A stretch of 64,000 nucleotides of DNA from Auanema rhodensis. Lineage: Eukaryota > Animalia > Nematoda. Every line of letters begins with the position of its first letter. Position 1 is the stretch's first letter. A program made the position numbers and the translations under genes. The stretch covers positions 18,848,001 to 18,912,000 of the forward strand of contig OZ059900.1 of assembly GCA_964057225.1 (NCBI GenBank), in the 5' to 3' direction. The notes under the pieces are model-generated. The model worked only from the letters and a program-made list of their open reading frames with translations, was not told the DNA's origin and searched no databases. Below are positions 24,950 to 39,655 of the stretch, piece by piece.

Positions 24950-27900
24950 AATTCGTTGCATTTGACGACTCATATGAACAAAAATCAATTTAATCAATAT
25001 TAGCCATAAGGGGCGTGCCCTCAGAATATGCTAATTTCCTTAATTTTCTAACCCCTGTTTTTTTGTCGTGAAAGTGGAACTAGACGTTGTACGAACAATT
25101 TTGAGCTAGGTTTCATTGACATTGCATGAGTTTGAACACATGAAATCGTAAGTCAAAACCTTGTTTACAGCGAAATTTCCAAAAACTGGTTTTCCAGCAT
25201 AATAAAATATTTCTCATGAGAAATACTGTGTTTTTGTATTTTTCTAGTGTTCAGCATGTAAAATGCTTCATTTTAGTATGTAACACGCTGAAATTCGTTG
25301 CATTTGACGACTCATATGAACAAAAATCGATTTAATCAATATTAGCCATAAGGGGCGTGCCCTCAGAATATGCTAATTTCCTTAATTTTCTAACCCCTGT
25401 TTTTTTGTCGTGAAAGTGGAACTAGACGTTGTACGAACAATTTTGAGCTAGGTTACATTGACATTGCATGAGTTTGAACACATGAAATCGTAAGTCAAAA
25501 CCTTGTTTACAGCGAAATTTCCAAAAACTGGTTTTCCAGCATAATAAAATATTTCTCATGGGAAATACTGTGTTTTTGTATTTTTCTAGTGTTCAGCATG
25601 TAAAATGCTTCATTTTAGTATGTAACACGCTAAAATTCGTTGCATTTGACGACTCATATGAACAAAAATCGATTTAATCAATATTAGCCATAAGGGGCGT
25701 GCCCTCAGAATATGCTAATTTCCTTAATTTTCTAACCCTTGTTTTTTTGTCGTGAAAGTGGAACTAGACGTTGTACAAACAATTTTGAGCTAGGTTTCAT
25801 TGACATTGCATGAGTTTGAACACATGAAATCGTAAGTCAAAACCTTGTTTACAGCGAAATTTCCAAAAACTGGTTTTCCAGCATGATAAAATATTTCTCA
25901 TGGGAAATACTGTGTTTTTGTATTTTTCTAGTGTTCAGCATGTAAAATGCTTCATTTTAGTATGTAACACGCTGAAATTCGTTGCATTTGACGACTCATA
26001 TGAACAAAAATCAATTTAATCAATATTAGCCATAAGGGGCGTGCCCTCAGAATATGCTAATTTCCTTAATTTTCTAACCCCTGTTTTTTTGTCGTGAAAG
26101 TGGAACTAGACGTTGTACGAACAATTTTGAGCTAGGTTTCATTGACATTGCATGAGTTTGAACACATGAAATCGTAAGTCAAAACCTTGTTTACAGCGAA
26201 ATTTCCAAAAACTGGTTTTCCAGCATAATAAAATATTTCTCATGAGAAATACTGTGTTTTTGTATTTTTCTAGTGTTCAGCATGTAAAATGCTTCATTTT
26301 AGTATGTAACACGCTGAAATTCGTTGCATTTGACGACTCATATGAACAAAAATCGATTTAATCAATATTAGCCATAAGGGGCGTGCCCTCAGAATATGCT
26401 AATTTCCTTAATTTTCTAACCCCTGTTTTTTTGTCGTGAAAGTGGAACTAGACGTTGTACGAACAATTTTGAGCTAGGTTACATTGACATTGCATGAGTT
26501 TGAACACATGAAATCGTAAGTCAAAACCTTGTTTACAGCGAAATTTCCAAAAACTGGTTTTCCAGCATAATAAAATATTTCTCATGGGAAATACTGTGTT
26601 TTTGTATTTTTCTAGTGTTCAGCATGTAAAATGCTTCATTTTAGTATGTAACACGCTGAAATTCGTTGCATTTGACGACTCATATGAACAAAAATCGATT
26701 TAATCAATATTAGCCATAAGGGGCGTGCCCTCAGAATATGCTAATTTCCTTAATTTTCTAACCCTTGTTTTTTTGTCGTGAAAGTGGAACTAGACGTTGT
26801 ACAAACAATTTTGAGCTAGGTTTCATTGACATTGCATGAGTTTGAACACATGAAATCGTAAGTCAAAACCTTGTTTACAGCGAAATTTCCAAAAACTGGT
26901 TTTTCAGCATGATAAAATATTTCTCATGGGAAATACTGTGTTTTTGTATTTTTCTAGTGTTCAGCATGTAAAATGCTTTATTTTAGTATGTAACACGCTG
27001 AAATTCGTTGCATTTGACGACTCATATGAACAAAAATCGATTTAATCAATATTAGCCATAAGGGGCGTGCCCTCAGAATATGCTAATTTCCTTAATTTTC
27101 TAACCCCTGTTTTTTTGTCGTGAAAGTGGAACTAGACGTTGTACGAACAATTTTGAGCTAGGTTTCATTGACATTGCATGAGTTTGAACACATGAAATCG
27201 TAAGTCAAAACCTTGTTTACAGCGAAATTTCCAAAAACTGGTTTTCCAGCATGATAAAATATTTCTCATGGGAAATACTGTGTTTTTGTATTTTTCTAGT
27301 GTTCAGCATGTAAAATGCTTCATTTTAGTATGTAACACGCTGAAATTCGTTGCATTTGACGACTCATATGAACAAAAATCAATTTAATCAATATTAGCCA
27401 TAAGGGGCGTGCCCTCAGAATATGCTAATTTCCTTAATTTTCTAACCCCTGTTTTTTTGTCGTGAAAGTGGAACTAGACGTTGTACGAACAATTTTGAGC
27501 TAGGTTTCATTGACATTGCATGAGTTTGAACACATGAAATCGTAAGTCAAAACCTTGTTTACAGCGAAATTTCCAAAAACTGGTTTTCCAGCATAATAAA
27601 ATATTTCTCATGAGAAATACTGTGTTTTTGTATTTTTCTAGTGTTCAGCATGTAAAATGCTTCATTTTAGTATGTAACACGCTGAAATTCGTTGCATTTG
27701 ACGACTCATATGAACAAAAATCGATTTAATCAATATTAGCCATAAGGGGCGTGCCCTCAGAATATGCTAATTTCCTTAATTTTCTAACCCCTGTTTTTTT
27801 GTCGTGAAAGTGGAACTAGACGTTGTACGAACAATTTTGAGCTAGGTTACATTGACATTGCATGAGTTTGAACACATGAAATCGTAAGTCAAAACCTTGT

Positions 27901-29737
27901 TTACAGCGAAATTTCCAAAAACTGGTTTTCCAGCATAATAAAATATTTCTCATGGGAAATACTGTGTTTTTGTATTTTTCTAGTGTTCAGCATGTAAAAT
28001 GCTTCATTTTAGTATGTAACACGCTAAAATTCGTTGCATTTGACGACTCATATGAACAAAAATCGATTTAATCAATATTAGCCATAAGGGGCGTGCCCTC
28101 AGAATATGCTAATTTCCTTAATTTTCTAACCCTTGTTTTTTTGTCGTGAAAGTGGAACTAGACGTTGTACAAACAATTTTGAGCTAGGTTTCATTGACAT
28201 TGCATGAGTTTGAACACATGAAATCGTAAGTCAAAACCTTGTTTACAGCGAAATTTCCAAAAACTGGTTTTCCAGCATGATAAAATATTTCTCATGGGAA
28301 ATACTGTGTTTTTGTATTTTTCTAGTGTTCAGCATGTAAAATGCTTCATTTTAGTATGTAACACGCTGAAATTCGTTGCATTTGACGACTCATATGAACA
28401 AAAATCAATTTAATCAATATTAGCCATAAGGGGCGTGCCCTCAGAATATGCTAATTTCCTTAATTTTCTAACCCCTGTTTTTTTGTCGTGAAAGTGGAAC
28501 TAGACGTTGTACGAACAATTTTGAGCTAGGTTTCATTGACATTGCATGAGTTTGAACACATGAAATCGTAAGTCAAAACCTTGTTTACAGCGAAATTTCC
28601 AAAAACTGGTTTTCCAGCATAATAAAATATTTCTCATGAGAAATACTGTGTTTTTGTATTTTTCTAGTGTTCAGCATGTAAAATGCTTCATTTTAGTATG
28701 TAACACGCTGAAATTCGTTGCATTTGACGACTCATATGAACAAAAATCGATTTAATCAATATTAGCCATAAGGGGCGTGCCCTCAGAATATGCTAATTTC
28801 CTTAATTTTCTAACCCCTGTTTTTTTGTCGTGAAAGTGGAACTAGACGTTGTACGAACAATTTTGAGCTAGGTTACATTGACATTGCATGAGTTTGAACA
28901 CATGAAATCGTAAGTCAAAACCTTGTTTACAGCGAAATTTCCAAAAACTGGTTTTCCAGCATAATAAAATATTTCTCATGGGAAATACTGTGTTTTTGTA
29001 TTTTTCTAGTGTTCAGCATGTAAAATGCTTCATTTTAGTATGTAACACGCTGAAATTCGTTGCATTTGACGACTCATATGAACAAAAATCGATTTAATCA
29101 ATATTAGCCATAAGGGGCGTGCCCTCAGAATATGCTAATTTCCTTAATTTTCTAACCCTTGTTTTTTTGTCGTGAAAGTGGAACTAGACGTTGTACAAAC
29201 AATTTTGAGCTAGGTTTCATTGACATTGCATGAGTTTGAACACATGAAATCGTAAGTCAAAACCTTGTTTACAGCGAAATTTCCAAAAACTGGTTTTCCA
29301 GCATGATAAAATATTTCTCATGGGAAATACTGTGTTTTTGTATTTTTCTAGTGTTCAGCATGTAAAATGCTTTATTTTAGTATGTAACACGCTGAAATTC
29401 GTTGCATTTGACGACTCATATGAACAAAAATCGATTTAATCAATATTAGCCATAAGGGGCGTGCCCTCAGAATATGCTAATTTCCTTAATTTTCTAACCC
29501 CTGTTTTTTTGTCGTGAAAGTGGAACTAGACGTTGTACGAACAATTTTGAGCTAGGTTTCATTGACATTGCATGAGTTTGAACACATGAAATCGTAAGTC
29601 AAAACCTTGTTTACAGCGAAATTTCCAAAAACTGGTTTTCCAGCATGATAAAATATTTCTCATGGGAAATACTGTGTTTTTGTATTTTTCTAGTGTTCAG
29701 CATGTAAAATGCTTCATTTTAGTATGTAACACGCTGA
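24950..29737 (+). repeat. 7-monomer (2394 bp) tandem duplication containing a nested 3-monomer duplication
   Basis: AATCAATTT at 24987, 26013, 27381 and 28407. GCTAAAATT 25632/28026. GCTTTATTT 26979/29373. Confidence 0.87.
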
Positions 29738-31447
29738 AATTCGTTGCATTTGACGACTCATATGAACAAAAATCGATTTAATCAATATTAGCCATAAGGG
29801 GCGTGCCCTCAGAATATGCTAATTTCCTTAATTTTCTAACCCCTGTTTTTTTGTCGTGAAAGTGGAACTAGACGTTGTACGAACAATTTTGAGCTAGGTT
29901 TCATTGACATTGCATGAGTTTGAACACATGAAATCGTAAGTCAAAACCTTGTTTACAGCGAAATTTCCAAAAACTGGTTTTCCAGCATAATAAAATATTT
30001 CTCATGGGAAATACTGTGTTTTTGTATTTTTCTAGTGTTCAGCATGTAAAATGCTTCATTTTAGTATGTAACACGCTGAAATTCGTTGCATTTGACGACT
30101 CATATGAACAAAAATCGATTTAATCAATATTAGCCATAAGGGGCGTGCCCTCAGAATATGCTAATTTCCTTAATTTTCTAACCCCTGTTTTTTTGTCGTG
30201 AAAGTGGAACTAGACGTTGTACGAACAATTTTGAGCTAGGTTTCATTGACATTGCATGAGTTTGAACACATGAAATCGTAAGTCAAAACCTTGTTTACAG
30301 CGAAATTTCCAAAAACTGCTTTTCCAGCATAATAAAATATTTCTCATGGGAAATACTGTGTTTTTGTATTTTTCTAGTGTTCAGCATGTAAAATGCTTCA
30401 TTTTAGTATGTAACACGCTGAAATTCGTTGCATTTGACGACTCATATGAACAAAAATCGATTTAATCAATATTAGCCATAAGGGGCGTGCCCTCAGAATA
30501 TGCTAATTTCCTTAACTTTCTAACCCCTGTTTTTTTGTCGTGAAAGTGGAACTAGACGTTGTACGAACAATTTTGAGCTAGGTTTCATTGACATTGCATG
30601 AGTTTGAACACATGAAATCGTAAGTCAAAACCTTGTTTACAGCGAAATTTCCAAAAACTGGTTTTCCAGCATAATAAAATATTTCTCATGGGAAATACTG
30701 TGTTTTTGTATTTTTCTAGTGTTCAGCATGTAAAATGCTTCATTTTAGTATGTAACACGCTGAAATTCGTTGCATTTGACGACTCATATGAACAAAAATC
30801 GATTTAATCAATATTAGCCATAAGGGGCGTGCCCTCAGAATATGCTAATTTCCTTAATTTTCTAACCCCTGTTTTTTTGTCGTGAAAGTGGAACTAGACG
30901 TTGTACGAACAATTTTGAGCTAGGTTTCATTGACATTGCATGAGTTTGAACACATGAAATCGTAAGTCAAAACCTTGTTTACAGCGAAATTTCCAAAAAC
31001 TGGTTTTCCAGCATAATAAAATATTTCTCATGGGAAATACTGTGTTTTTGTATTCTTCTAGTGTTCAGCATGTAAAATGCTTCATTTTAGTATGTAACAC
31101 GCTGAAATTCGTTGCATTTGACGACTCATATGAACAAAAATCGATTTAATCAATATTAGCCATAAGGGGCGTGCCCTCAGAATATGCTAATTTCCTTAAT
31201 TTTCTAACCCCTGTTTTTTTGTCGTGAAAGTGGAACTAGACGTTGTACGAACAATTTTGAGCTAGGTTTCATTGACATTGCATGAGTTTGAACACATGAA
31301 ATCGTAAGTCAAAACCTTGTTTACAGCGAAATTTCCAAAAACTGGTTTTCCAGCATAATAAAATATTTCTCATGGGAAATACTGTGTTTTTGTATTTTTC
31401 TAGTGTTCAGCATGTAAAATGCTTCATTTTAGTATGTAACACGCTGA

Positions 31448-34400
31448 AATTCGTTGCATTTGACGACTCATATGAACAAAAATCGATTTAATCAATATTA
31501 GCCATAAGGGGCGTGCCCTCAGAATATGCTAATTTCCTTAATTTTCTAACCCTTGTTTTTTTGTCGTGAAAGTGGAACTAGACGTTGTACAAACAATTTT
31601 GAGCTAGGTTTCATTGACATTGCATGAGTTTGAACACATGAAATCGTAAGTCAAAACCTTGTTTACAGCGAAATTTCCAAAAACTGGTTTTCCAGCATGA
31701 TAAAATATTTCTCATGGGAAATACTGTGTTTTTGTATTTTTCTAGTGTTCAGCATGTAAAATGCTCCATTTTAGTATGTAACACGCTGAAATTCGTTGCA
31801 TTTGACGACTCATATGAACAAAAATCGATTTAATCAATATTAGCCATAAGGGGCGTGCCCTCAGAATATGCTAATTTCCTTAATTTTCTAACCCCTGTTT
31901 TTTTGTCGTGAAAGTGGAACTAGACGTTGTACGAACAATTTTGAGCTAGGTTTCATTGACATTGCATGAGTTTGAACACATGAAATCGTAAGTCAAAACC
32001 TTGTTTACAGCGAAATTTCCAAAAACTGGTTTTCCAGCATAATAAAATATTTCTCATGGGAAATACTGTGTTTTTGTATTTTTCTAGTGTTCAGCATGTA
32101 AAATGCTTCATTTTAGTTTGTAACACGCTGAAATTCGTTGCATTTGACGACTCATATGAACAAAAATCGATTTAATCAATATTAGCCATAAGGGGCGTGC
32201 CCTCAGAATATGCTAATTTCCTTAATTTTCTAACCCCTGTTTTTTTGTCGTGAAAGTGGAACTAGACGTTGTACGAACAATTTTGAGCTAGGTTACATTG
32301 ACATTGCATGAGTTTGAACACATGAAATCGTAAGTCAAAACCTTGTTTACAGCGAAATTTCCAAAAACTGGTTTTCCAGCATAATAAAATATTTCTCATG
32401 GGAAATACTGTGTTTTTGTATTTTTCTAGTGTTCAGCATGTAAAATGCTTCATTTTAGTATGTAACACGCTGAAATTCGTTGCATTTGACGACTCATATG
32501 AACAAAAATCGATTTAATCAATATTAGCCATAAGGGGCGTGCCCTCAGAATATGCTAATTTCCTTAATTTTCTAACCCTTGTTTTTTTGTCGTGAAAGTG
32601 GAACTAGACGTTGTACAAACAATTTTGAGCTAGGTTTCATTGACATTGCATGAGTTTGAACACATGAAATCGTAAGTCAAAACCTTGTTTACAGCGAAAT
32701 TTCCAAAAACTGGTTTTCCAGCATAATAAAATATTTCTCATGGGAAATACTGTGTTTTTGTATTTTTCTAGTGTTCAGCATGTAAAATGCTTCATTTTAG
32801 TTTGTAACACGCTGAAATTCGTTGCATTTGACGACTCATATGAACAAAAATCGATTTAATCAATATTAGCCATAAGGGGCGTGCCCTCAGAATATGCTAA
32901 TTTCCTTAATTTTCTAACCCCTGTTTTTTTGTCGTGAAAGTGGAACTAGACGTTGTGCGAACAATTTTGAGCTAGGTTTCATTGACATTGCATGAGTTTG
33001 AACACATGAAATCGTAAGTCAAAACCTTGTTTACAGCGAAATTTCCAAAAACTGGTTTTCCAGCATAATAAAATATTTCTCATGGGAAATACTGTGTTTT
33101 TGTATTTTTCTAGTGTTCAGCATGTAAAATGCTTCATTTTAGTATGTAACACGCTGAAATTCGTTGCATTTGACGACTCATATGAACAAAAATCGATTTA
33201 ATCAATATTAGCCATAAGGGGCGTGCCCTCAGAATATGCTAATTTCCTTAATTTTCTAACCCTTGTTTTTTTGTCGTGAAAGTGGAACTAGACGTTGTAC
33301 AAACAATTTTGAGCTAGGTTTCATTGACATTGCATGAGTTTGAACACATGAAATCGTAAGTCAAAACCTTGTTTACAGCGAAATTTCCAAAAACTGGTTT
33401 TCCAGCATGATAAAATATTTCTCATGGGAAATACTGTGTTTTTGTATTTTTCTAGTGTTCAGCATGTAAAATGCTCCATTTTAGTATGTAACACGCTGAA
33501 ATTCGTTGCATTTGACGACTCATATGAACAAAAATCGATTTAATCAATATTAGCCATAAGGGGCGTGCCCTCAGAATATGCTAATTTCCTTAATTTTCTA
33601 ACCCCTGTTTTTTTGTCGTGAAAGTGGAACTAGACGTTGTACGAACAATTTTGAGCTAGGTTTCATTGACATTGCATGAGTTTGAACACATGAAATCGTA
33701 AGTCAAAACCTTGTTTACAGCGAAATTTCCAAAAACTGGTTTTCCAGCATAATAAAATATTTCTCATGGGAAATACTGTGTTTTTGTATTTTTCTAGTGT
33801 TCAGCATGTGAAATGCTTCATTTTAGTTTGTAACACGCTGAAATTCGTTGCATTTGACGACTCATATGAACAAAAATCGATTTAATCAATATTAGCCATA
33901 AGGGGCGTGCCCTCAGAATATGCTAATTTCCTTAATTTTCTAACCCCTGTTTTTTTGTCGTGAAAGTGGAACTAGACGTTGTACGAACAATTTTGAGCTA
34001 GGTTACATTGACATTGCATGAGTTTGAACACATGAAATCGTAAGTCAAAACCTTGTTTACAGCGAAATTTCCAAAAACTGGTTTTCCAGCATAATAAAAT
34101 ATTTCTCATGGGAAATACTGTGTTTTTGTATTTTTCTAGTGTTCAGCATGTAAAATGCTTCATTTTAGTATGTAACACGCTGAAATTCGTTGCATTTGAC
34201 GACTCATATGAACAAAAATCGATTTAATCAATATTAGCCATAAGGGGCGTGCCCTCAGAATATGCTAATTTCCTTAATTTTCTAACCCTTGTTTTTTTGT
34301 CGTGAAAGTGGAACTAGACGTTGTACAAACAATTTTGAGCTAGGTTTCATTGACATTGCATGAGTTTGAACACATGAAATCGTAAGTCAAAACCTTGTTT

Positions 34401-34867
34401 ACAGCGAAATTTCCAAAAACTGGTTTTCCAGCATGATAAAATATTTCTCATGGGAAATACTGTGTTTTTGTATTTTTCTAGTGTTCAGCATGTAAAATGC
34501 TTCATTTTAGTTTGTAACACGCTGAAATTCGTTGCATTTGACGACTCATATGAACAAAAATCGATTTAATCAATATTAGCCATAAGGGGCGTGCCCTCAG
34601 AATATGCTAATTTCCTTAATTTTCTAACCCCTGTTTTTTTGTCGTGAAAGTGGAACTAGACGTTGTGCGAACAATTTTGAGCTAGGTTTCATTGACATTG
34701 CATGAGTTTGAACACATGAAATCGTAAGTCAAAACCTTGTTTACAGCGAAATTTCCAAAAACTGGTTTTCCAGCATGATAAAATATTTCTCATGGGAAAT
34801 ACTGTGTTTTTGTATTTTTCTAGTGTTCAGCATGTAAAATGCTTCATTTTAGTATGTAACACGCTGA
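31448..34867 (+). repeat. 5-monomer (1710 bp) tandem duplication
   Basis: ATGCTCCATT 31766/33476 and GTTGTGCG 32957/34667, with the same order of intervening variants. Confidence 0.8.
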
Positions 34868-37800
34868 AATTCGTTGCATTTGACGACTCATATGAACAAA
34901 AATCGATTTAATCAATATTAGCCATAAGGGGCGTGCCCTCAGAATATGCTAATTTCCTTAATTTTCTAACCCCTGTTTTTTTGTCGTGAAAGTGGAACTA
35001 GACGTTGTACAAACAATTTTGAGCTAGGTTTCATTGACATTGCATGAGTTTGAACACATGAAATCGTAAGTCAAAACCTTGTTTACAGCGAAATTTCCAA
35101 AAACTGGTTTTCCAGCATGATAAAATATTTCTCATGGGAAATACTGTGTTTTTGTATTTTTCTAGTGTTCAGCATGTAAAATGCTTCATTTTAGTATGTA
35201 ACACGCTGAAATTCGTTGCATTTGACGACTCATATGAACAAAAATCGATTTAATCAATATTAGCCATAAGGGGCGTGCCCTCAGAATATGCTAATTTCCT
35301 TAATTTTCTAACCCCTGTTTTTTTGTCGTGAAAGTGGAACTAGACGTTGTACGAACAATTTTGAGCTAGGTTTCATTGACATTGCATGAGTTTGAACACA
35401 TGAAATCGTAAGTTAAAACCTTGTTTACAGCGAAATTTCCAAAAACTGGTTTTCCAGCATAATAAAATATTTCTCATGGGAAATACTGTGTTTTTGTATT
35501 TTTCTAGTGTTCAGCATGTAAAATGCTTCATTTTAGTATGTAACACGCTGAAATTCGTTGCATTTGACGACTCATATGAACAAAAATCGATTTAATCAAT
35601 ATTAGCCATAAGGGGCGTGCCCTCAGAATATGCTAATTTCCTTAATTTTCTAACCCCTGTTTTTTTGTCGTGAAAGTGGAACTAGACGTTGTACGAACAA
35701 TTTTGAGCTAGGTTTCATTGACATTGCATGAGTTTGAACACATGAAATCGTAAGTCAAAACCTTGTTTACAGCGAAATTTCCAAAAACTGGTTTTCCAGC
35801 ATAATAAAATATTTCTCATGGGAAATACTGTGTTTTTGTATTTTTCTAGTGTTCAGCATGTAAAATGCTTCATTTTAGTATGTAACACGCTGAAATTCGT
35901 TGCATTTGACGACTCATATGAACAAAAATCGATTTAATCAATATTAGCCATAAGGGGCGTGCCCTCAGAATATGCTAATTTCCTTAATTTTCTAACCCCT
36001 GTTTTTTTGTCGTGAAAGTGGAACTAGACGTTGTACGAACAATTTTGAGCTAGGTTTCATTGACATTGCATGAGTTTGAACACATGAAATCGTAAGTCAA
36101 AACCTTGTTTACAGCGAAATTTCCAAAAACTGGTTTTCCAGCATAATAAAATATTTCTCATGGGAAATACTGTGTTTTTGTATTTTTCTAGTGTTCAGCA
36201 TGTAAAATGCTTCATTTTAGTATGTAACACGCTGAAATTCGTTGCATTTGACGACTCATATGAACAAAAATCGATTTAATCAATATTAGCCATAAGGGGC
36301 GTGCCCTCAGAATATGCTAATTTCCTTAATTTTCTAACCCTTGTTTTTTTGTCGTGAAAGTGGAACTAGACGTTGTACAAACAATTTTGAGCTAGGTTTC
36401 ATTGACATTGCATGAGTTTGAACACATGAAATCGTAAGTCAAAACCTTGTTTACAGCGAAATTTCCAAAAACTGGTTTTCCAGCATAATAAAATATTTCT
36501 CATGGGAAATACTGTGTTTTTGTATTTTTCTAGTGTTCAGCCTGTAAAATGCTTCATTTTAGTATGTAACACGCTGAAATTCGTTGCATTTGACGACTCA
36601 TATGAACAAAAATCGATTTAATCAATATTAGCCATAAGGGGCGTGCCCTCAGAATATGCTAATTTCCTTAATTTTCTAACCCTTGTTTTTTTGTCGTGAA
36701 AGTGGAACTAGACGTTGTACAAACAATTTTGAGCTAGGTTTCATTGACATTGCATGAGTTTGAACACATGAAATCGTAAGTCAAAACCTTGTTTACAGCG
36801 AAATTTCCAAAAACTGGTTTTCCAGCATGATAAAATATTTCTCATGGGAAATACTGTGTTTTTGTATTTTTCTAGTGTTCAGCATGTAAAATGCTTCATT
36901 TTAGTATGTAACACGCTGAAATTCGTTGCATTTGACGACTCATATGAACAAAAATCGATTTAATCAATATTAGCCATAAGGGGCGTGCCCTCAGAATATG
37001 CTAATTTCCTTAATTTTCTAACCCCTGTTTTTTTGTCGTGAAAGTGGAACTAGACGTTGTACGAACAATTTTGAGCTAGGTTTCATTGACATTGCATGAG
37101 TTTGAACACATGAAATCGTAAGTCAAAACCTTGTTTACAGCGAAATTTCCAAAAACTGGTTTTCCAGCATAATAAAATATTTCTCATGGGAAATACTGTG
37201 TTTTTGTATTTTTCTAGTGTTCAGCATGTAAAATGCTTCATTTTAGTATGTAACACGCTGAAATTCGTTGCATTTGACGACTCATATGAACAAAAATCGA
37301 TTTAATCAATATTAGCCATAAGGGGCGTGCCCTCAGAATATGCTAATTTCCTTAATTTTCTAACCCCTGTTTTTTTGTCGTGAAAGTGGAACTAGACGTT
37401 GTACGAACAATTTTGAGCTAGGTTTCATTGACATTGCATGAGTTTGAACACATGAAATCGTAAGTCAAAACCTTGTTTACAGCGAAATTTCCAAAAACTG
37501 GTTTTCCAGCATAATAAAATATTTCTCATGGGAAATACTGTGTTTTTGTATTTTTCTAGTGTTCAGCATGTAAAATGCTTCATTTTAGTTTGTAACACGC
37601 TGAAATTCGTTGCATTTGACGACTCATATGAACAAAAATCGATTTAATCAATATTAGCCATAAGGGGCGTGCCCTCAGAATATGCTAATTTCCTTAATTT
37701 TCTAACCCCTGTTTTTTTGTCGTGAAAGTGGAACTAGACGTTGTACGAACAATTTTGAGCTAGGTTACATTGACATTGCATGAGTTTGAACACATGAAAT

Positions 37801-39655
37801 CGTAAGTCAAAACCTTGTTTACAGCGAAATTTCCAAAAACTGGTTTTCCAGCTTAATAAAATATTTCTCATGAGAAATACTGTGTTTTTGTAATTTTCTA
37901 GTGTTCAGCATGTAAAATGCTTCATTTTAGTATGTAACACGCTGAAATTCGTTGCATTTGACGACTCATATGAACAAAAATCGATTTAATCAATATTAGC
38001 CATAAGGGGCGTGCCCTCAGAATATGCTAATTTCCTTAATTTTCTAACCCCTGTTTTTTTGTCGTGAAAGTGGAACTAGACGTTGTACGAACAATTTTGA
38101 GCTAGGTTTCATTGACATTGCATGAGTTTGAACACATGAAATCGTAAGTCAAAACCTTGTTTACAGCGAAATTTCCAAAAACTGGTTTTCCAGCATAATA
38201 AAATATTTCTCATGGGAAATACTGTGTTTTTGTATTTTTCTAGTGTTCAGCATGTAAAATGTTTCATTTTAGTTTGTAACACGCTGAAATTCGTTGCATT
38301 TGACGACTCATATGAACAAAAATCGATTTAATCAATATTAGCCATAAGGGGCGTGCCCTCAGAATATGCTAATTTCCTTAATTTTCTAACCCCTGTTTTT
38401 TTGTCGTGAAAGTGGAACTAGACGTTGTACGAACAATTTTGAGCTAGGTTACATTGACATTGCATGAGTTTGAACACATGAAATCGTAAGTCAAAACCTT
38501 GTTTACAGCGAAATTTCCAAAAACTGGTTTTCCAGCATAATAAAATATTTCTCATGGGAAATACTGTGTTTTTGTATTTTTCTAGTGTTCAGCATGTAAA
38601 ATGCTTCATTTTAGTATGTAACACGCTGAAATTCGTTGCATTTGACGACTCATATGAACAAAAATCGATTTAATCAATATTAGCCATAAGGGGCGTGCCC
38701 TCAGAATATGCTAATTTCCTTAATTTTCTAACCCTTGTTTTTTTGTCGTGAAAGTGGAACTAGACGTTGTACAAACAATTTTGAGCTAGGTTTCATTGAC
38801 ATTGCATGAGTTTGAACACATGAAATCGTAAGTCAAAACCTTGTTTACAGCGAAATTTCCAAAAACTGGTTTTCCAGCATGATAAAATATTTCTCATGGG
38901 AAATACTGTGTTTTTGTATTTTTCTAGTGTTCAGCATGTAAAATGCTTCATTTTAGTATGTAACACGCTGAAATTCGTTGCATTTGACGACTCATATGAA
39001 CAAAAATCGATTTAATCAATATTAGCCATAAGGGGCGTGCCCTCAGAATATGCTAATTTCCTTAATTTTTTAACCCCTGTTTTTTTGTCGTGAAAGTGGA
39101 ACTAGACGTTGTACGAACAATTTTGAGCTAGGTTTCATTGACATTGCATGAGTTTGAACACATGAAATCGTAAGTCAAAACCTTGTTTACAGCGAAATTT
39201 CCAAAAACTGGTTTTCCAGCATGATAAAATATTTCTCATGGGAAATACTGTGTTTTTGTATTTTTCTAGTGTTCAGCATGTAAAATGCTTCATTTTAGTA
39301 TGTAACACGCTGAAATTCGTTGCATTTGACGACTCATATGAACAAAAATCGATTTAATCAATATTAGCCATAAGGGGCGTGCCCTCAGAATATGCTAATT
39401 TCCTTAATTTTCTAACCCCTGTTTTTTTGTCGTGAAAGTGGAACTAGACGTTGTACGAACAATTTTGAGCTAGGTTTCATTGACATTGCATGAGTTTGAA
39501 CACATGAAATCGTAAGTCAAAACCTTGTTTACAGCGAAATTTCCAAAAACTGGTTTTCCAGCATGATAAAATATTTCTCATGGGAAATACTGTGTTTTTG
39601 TATTTTTCTAGTGTTCAGCATGTAAAATGCTTCATTTTAGTATGTAACACGCTGA

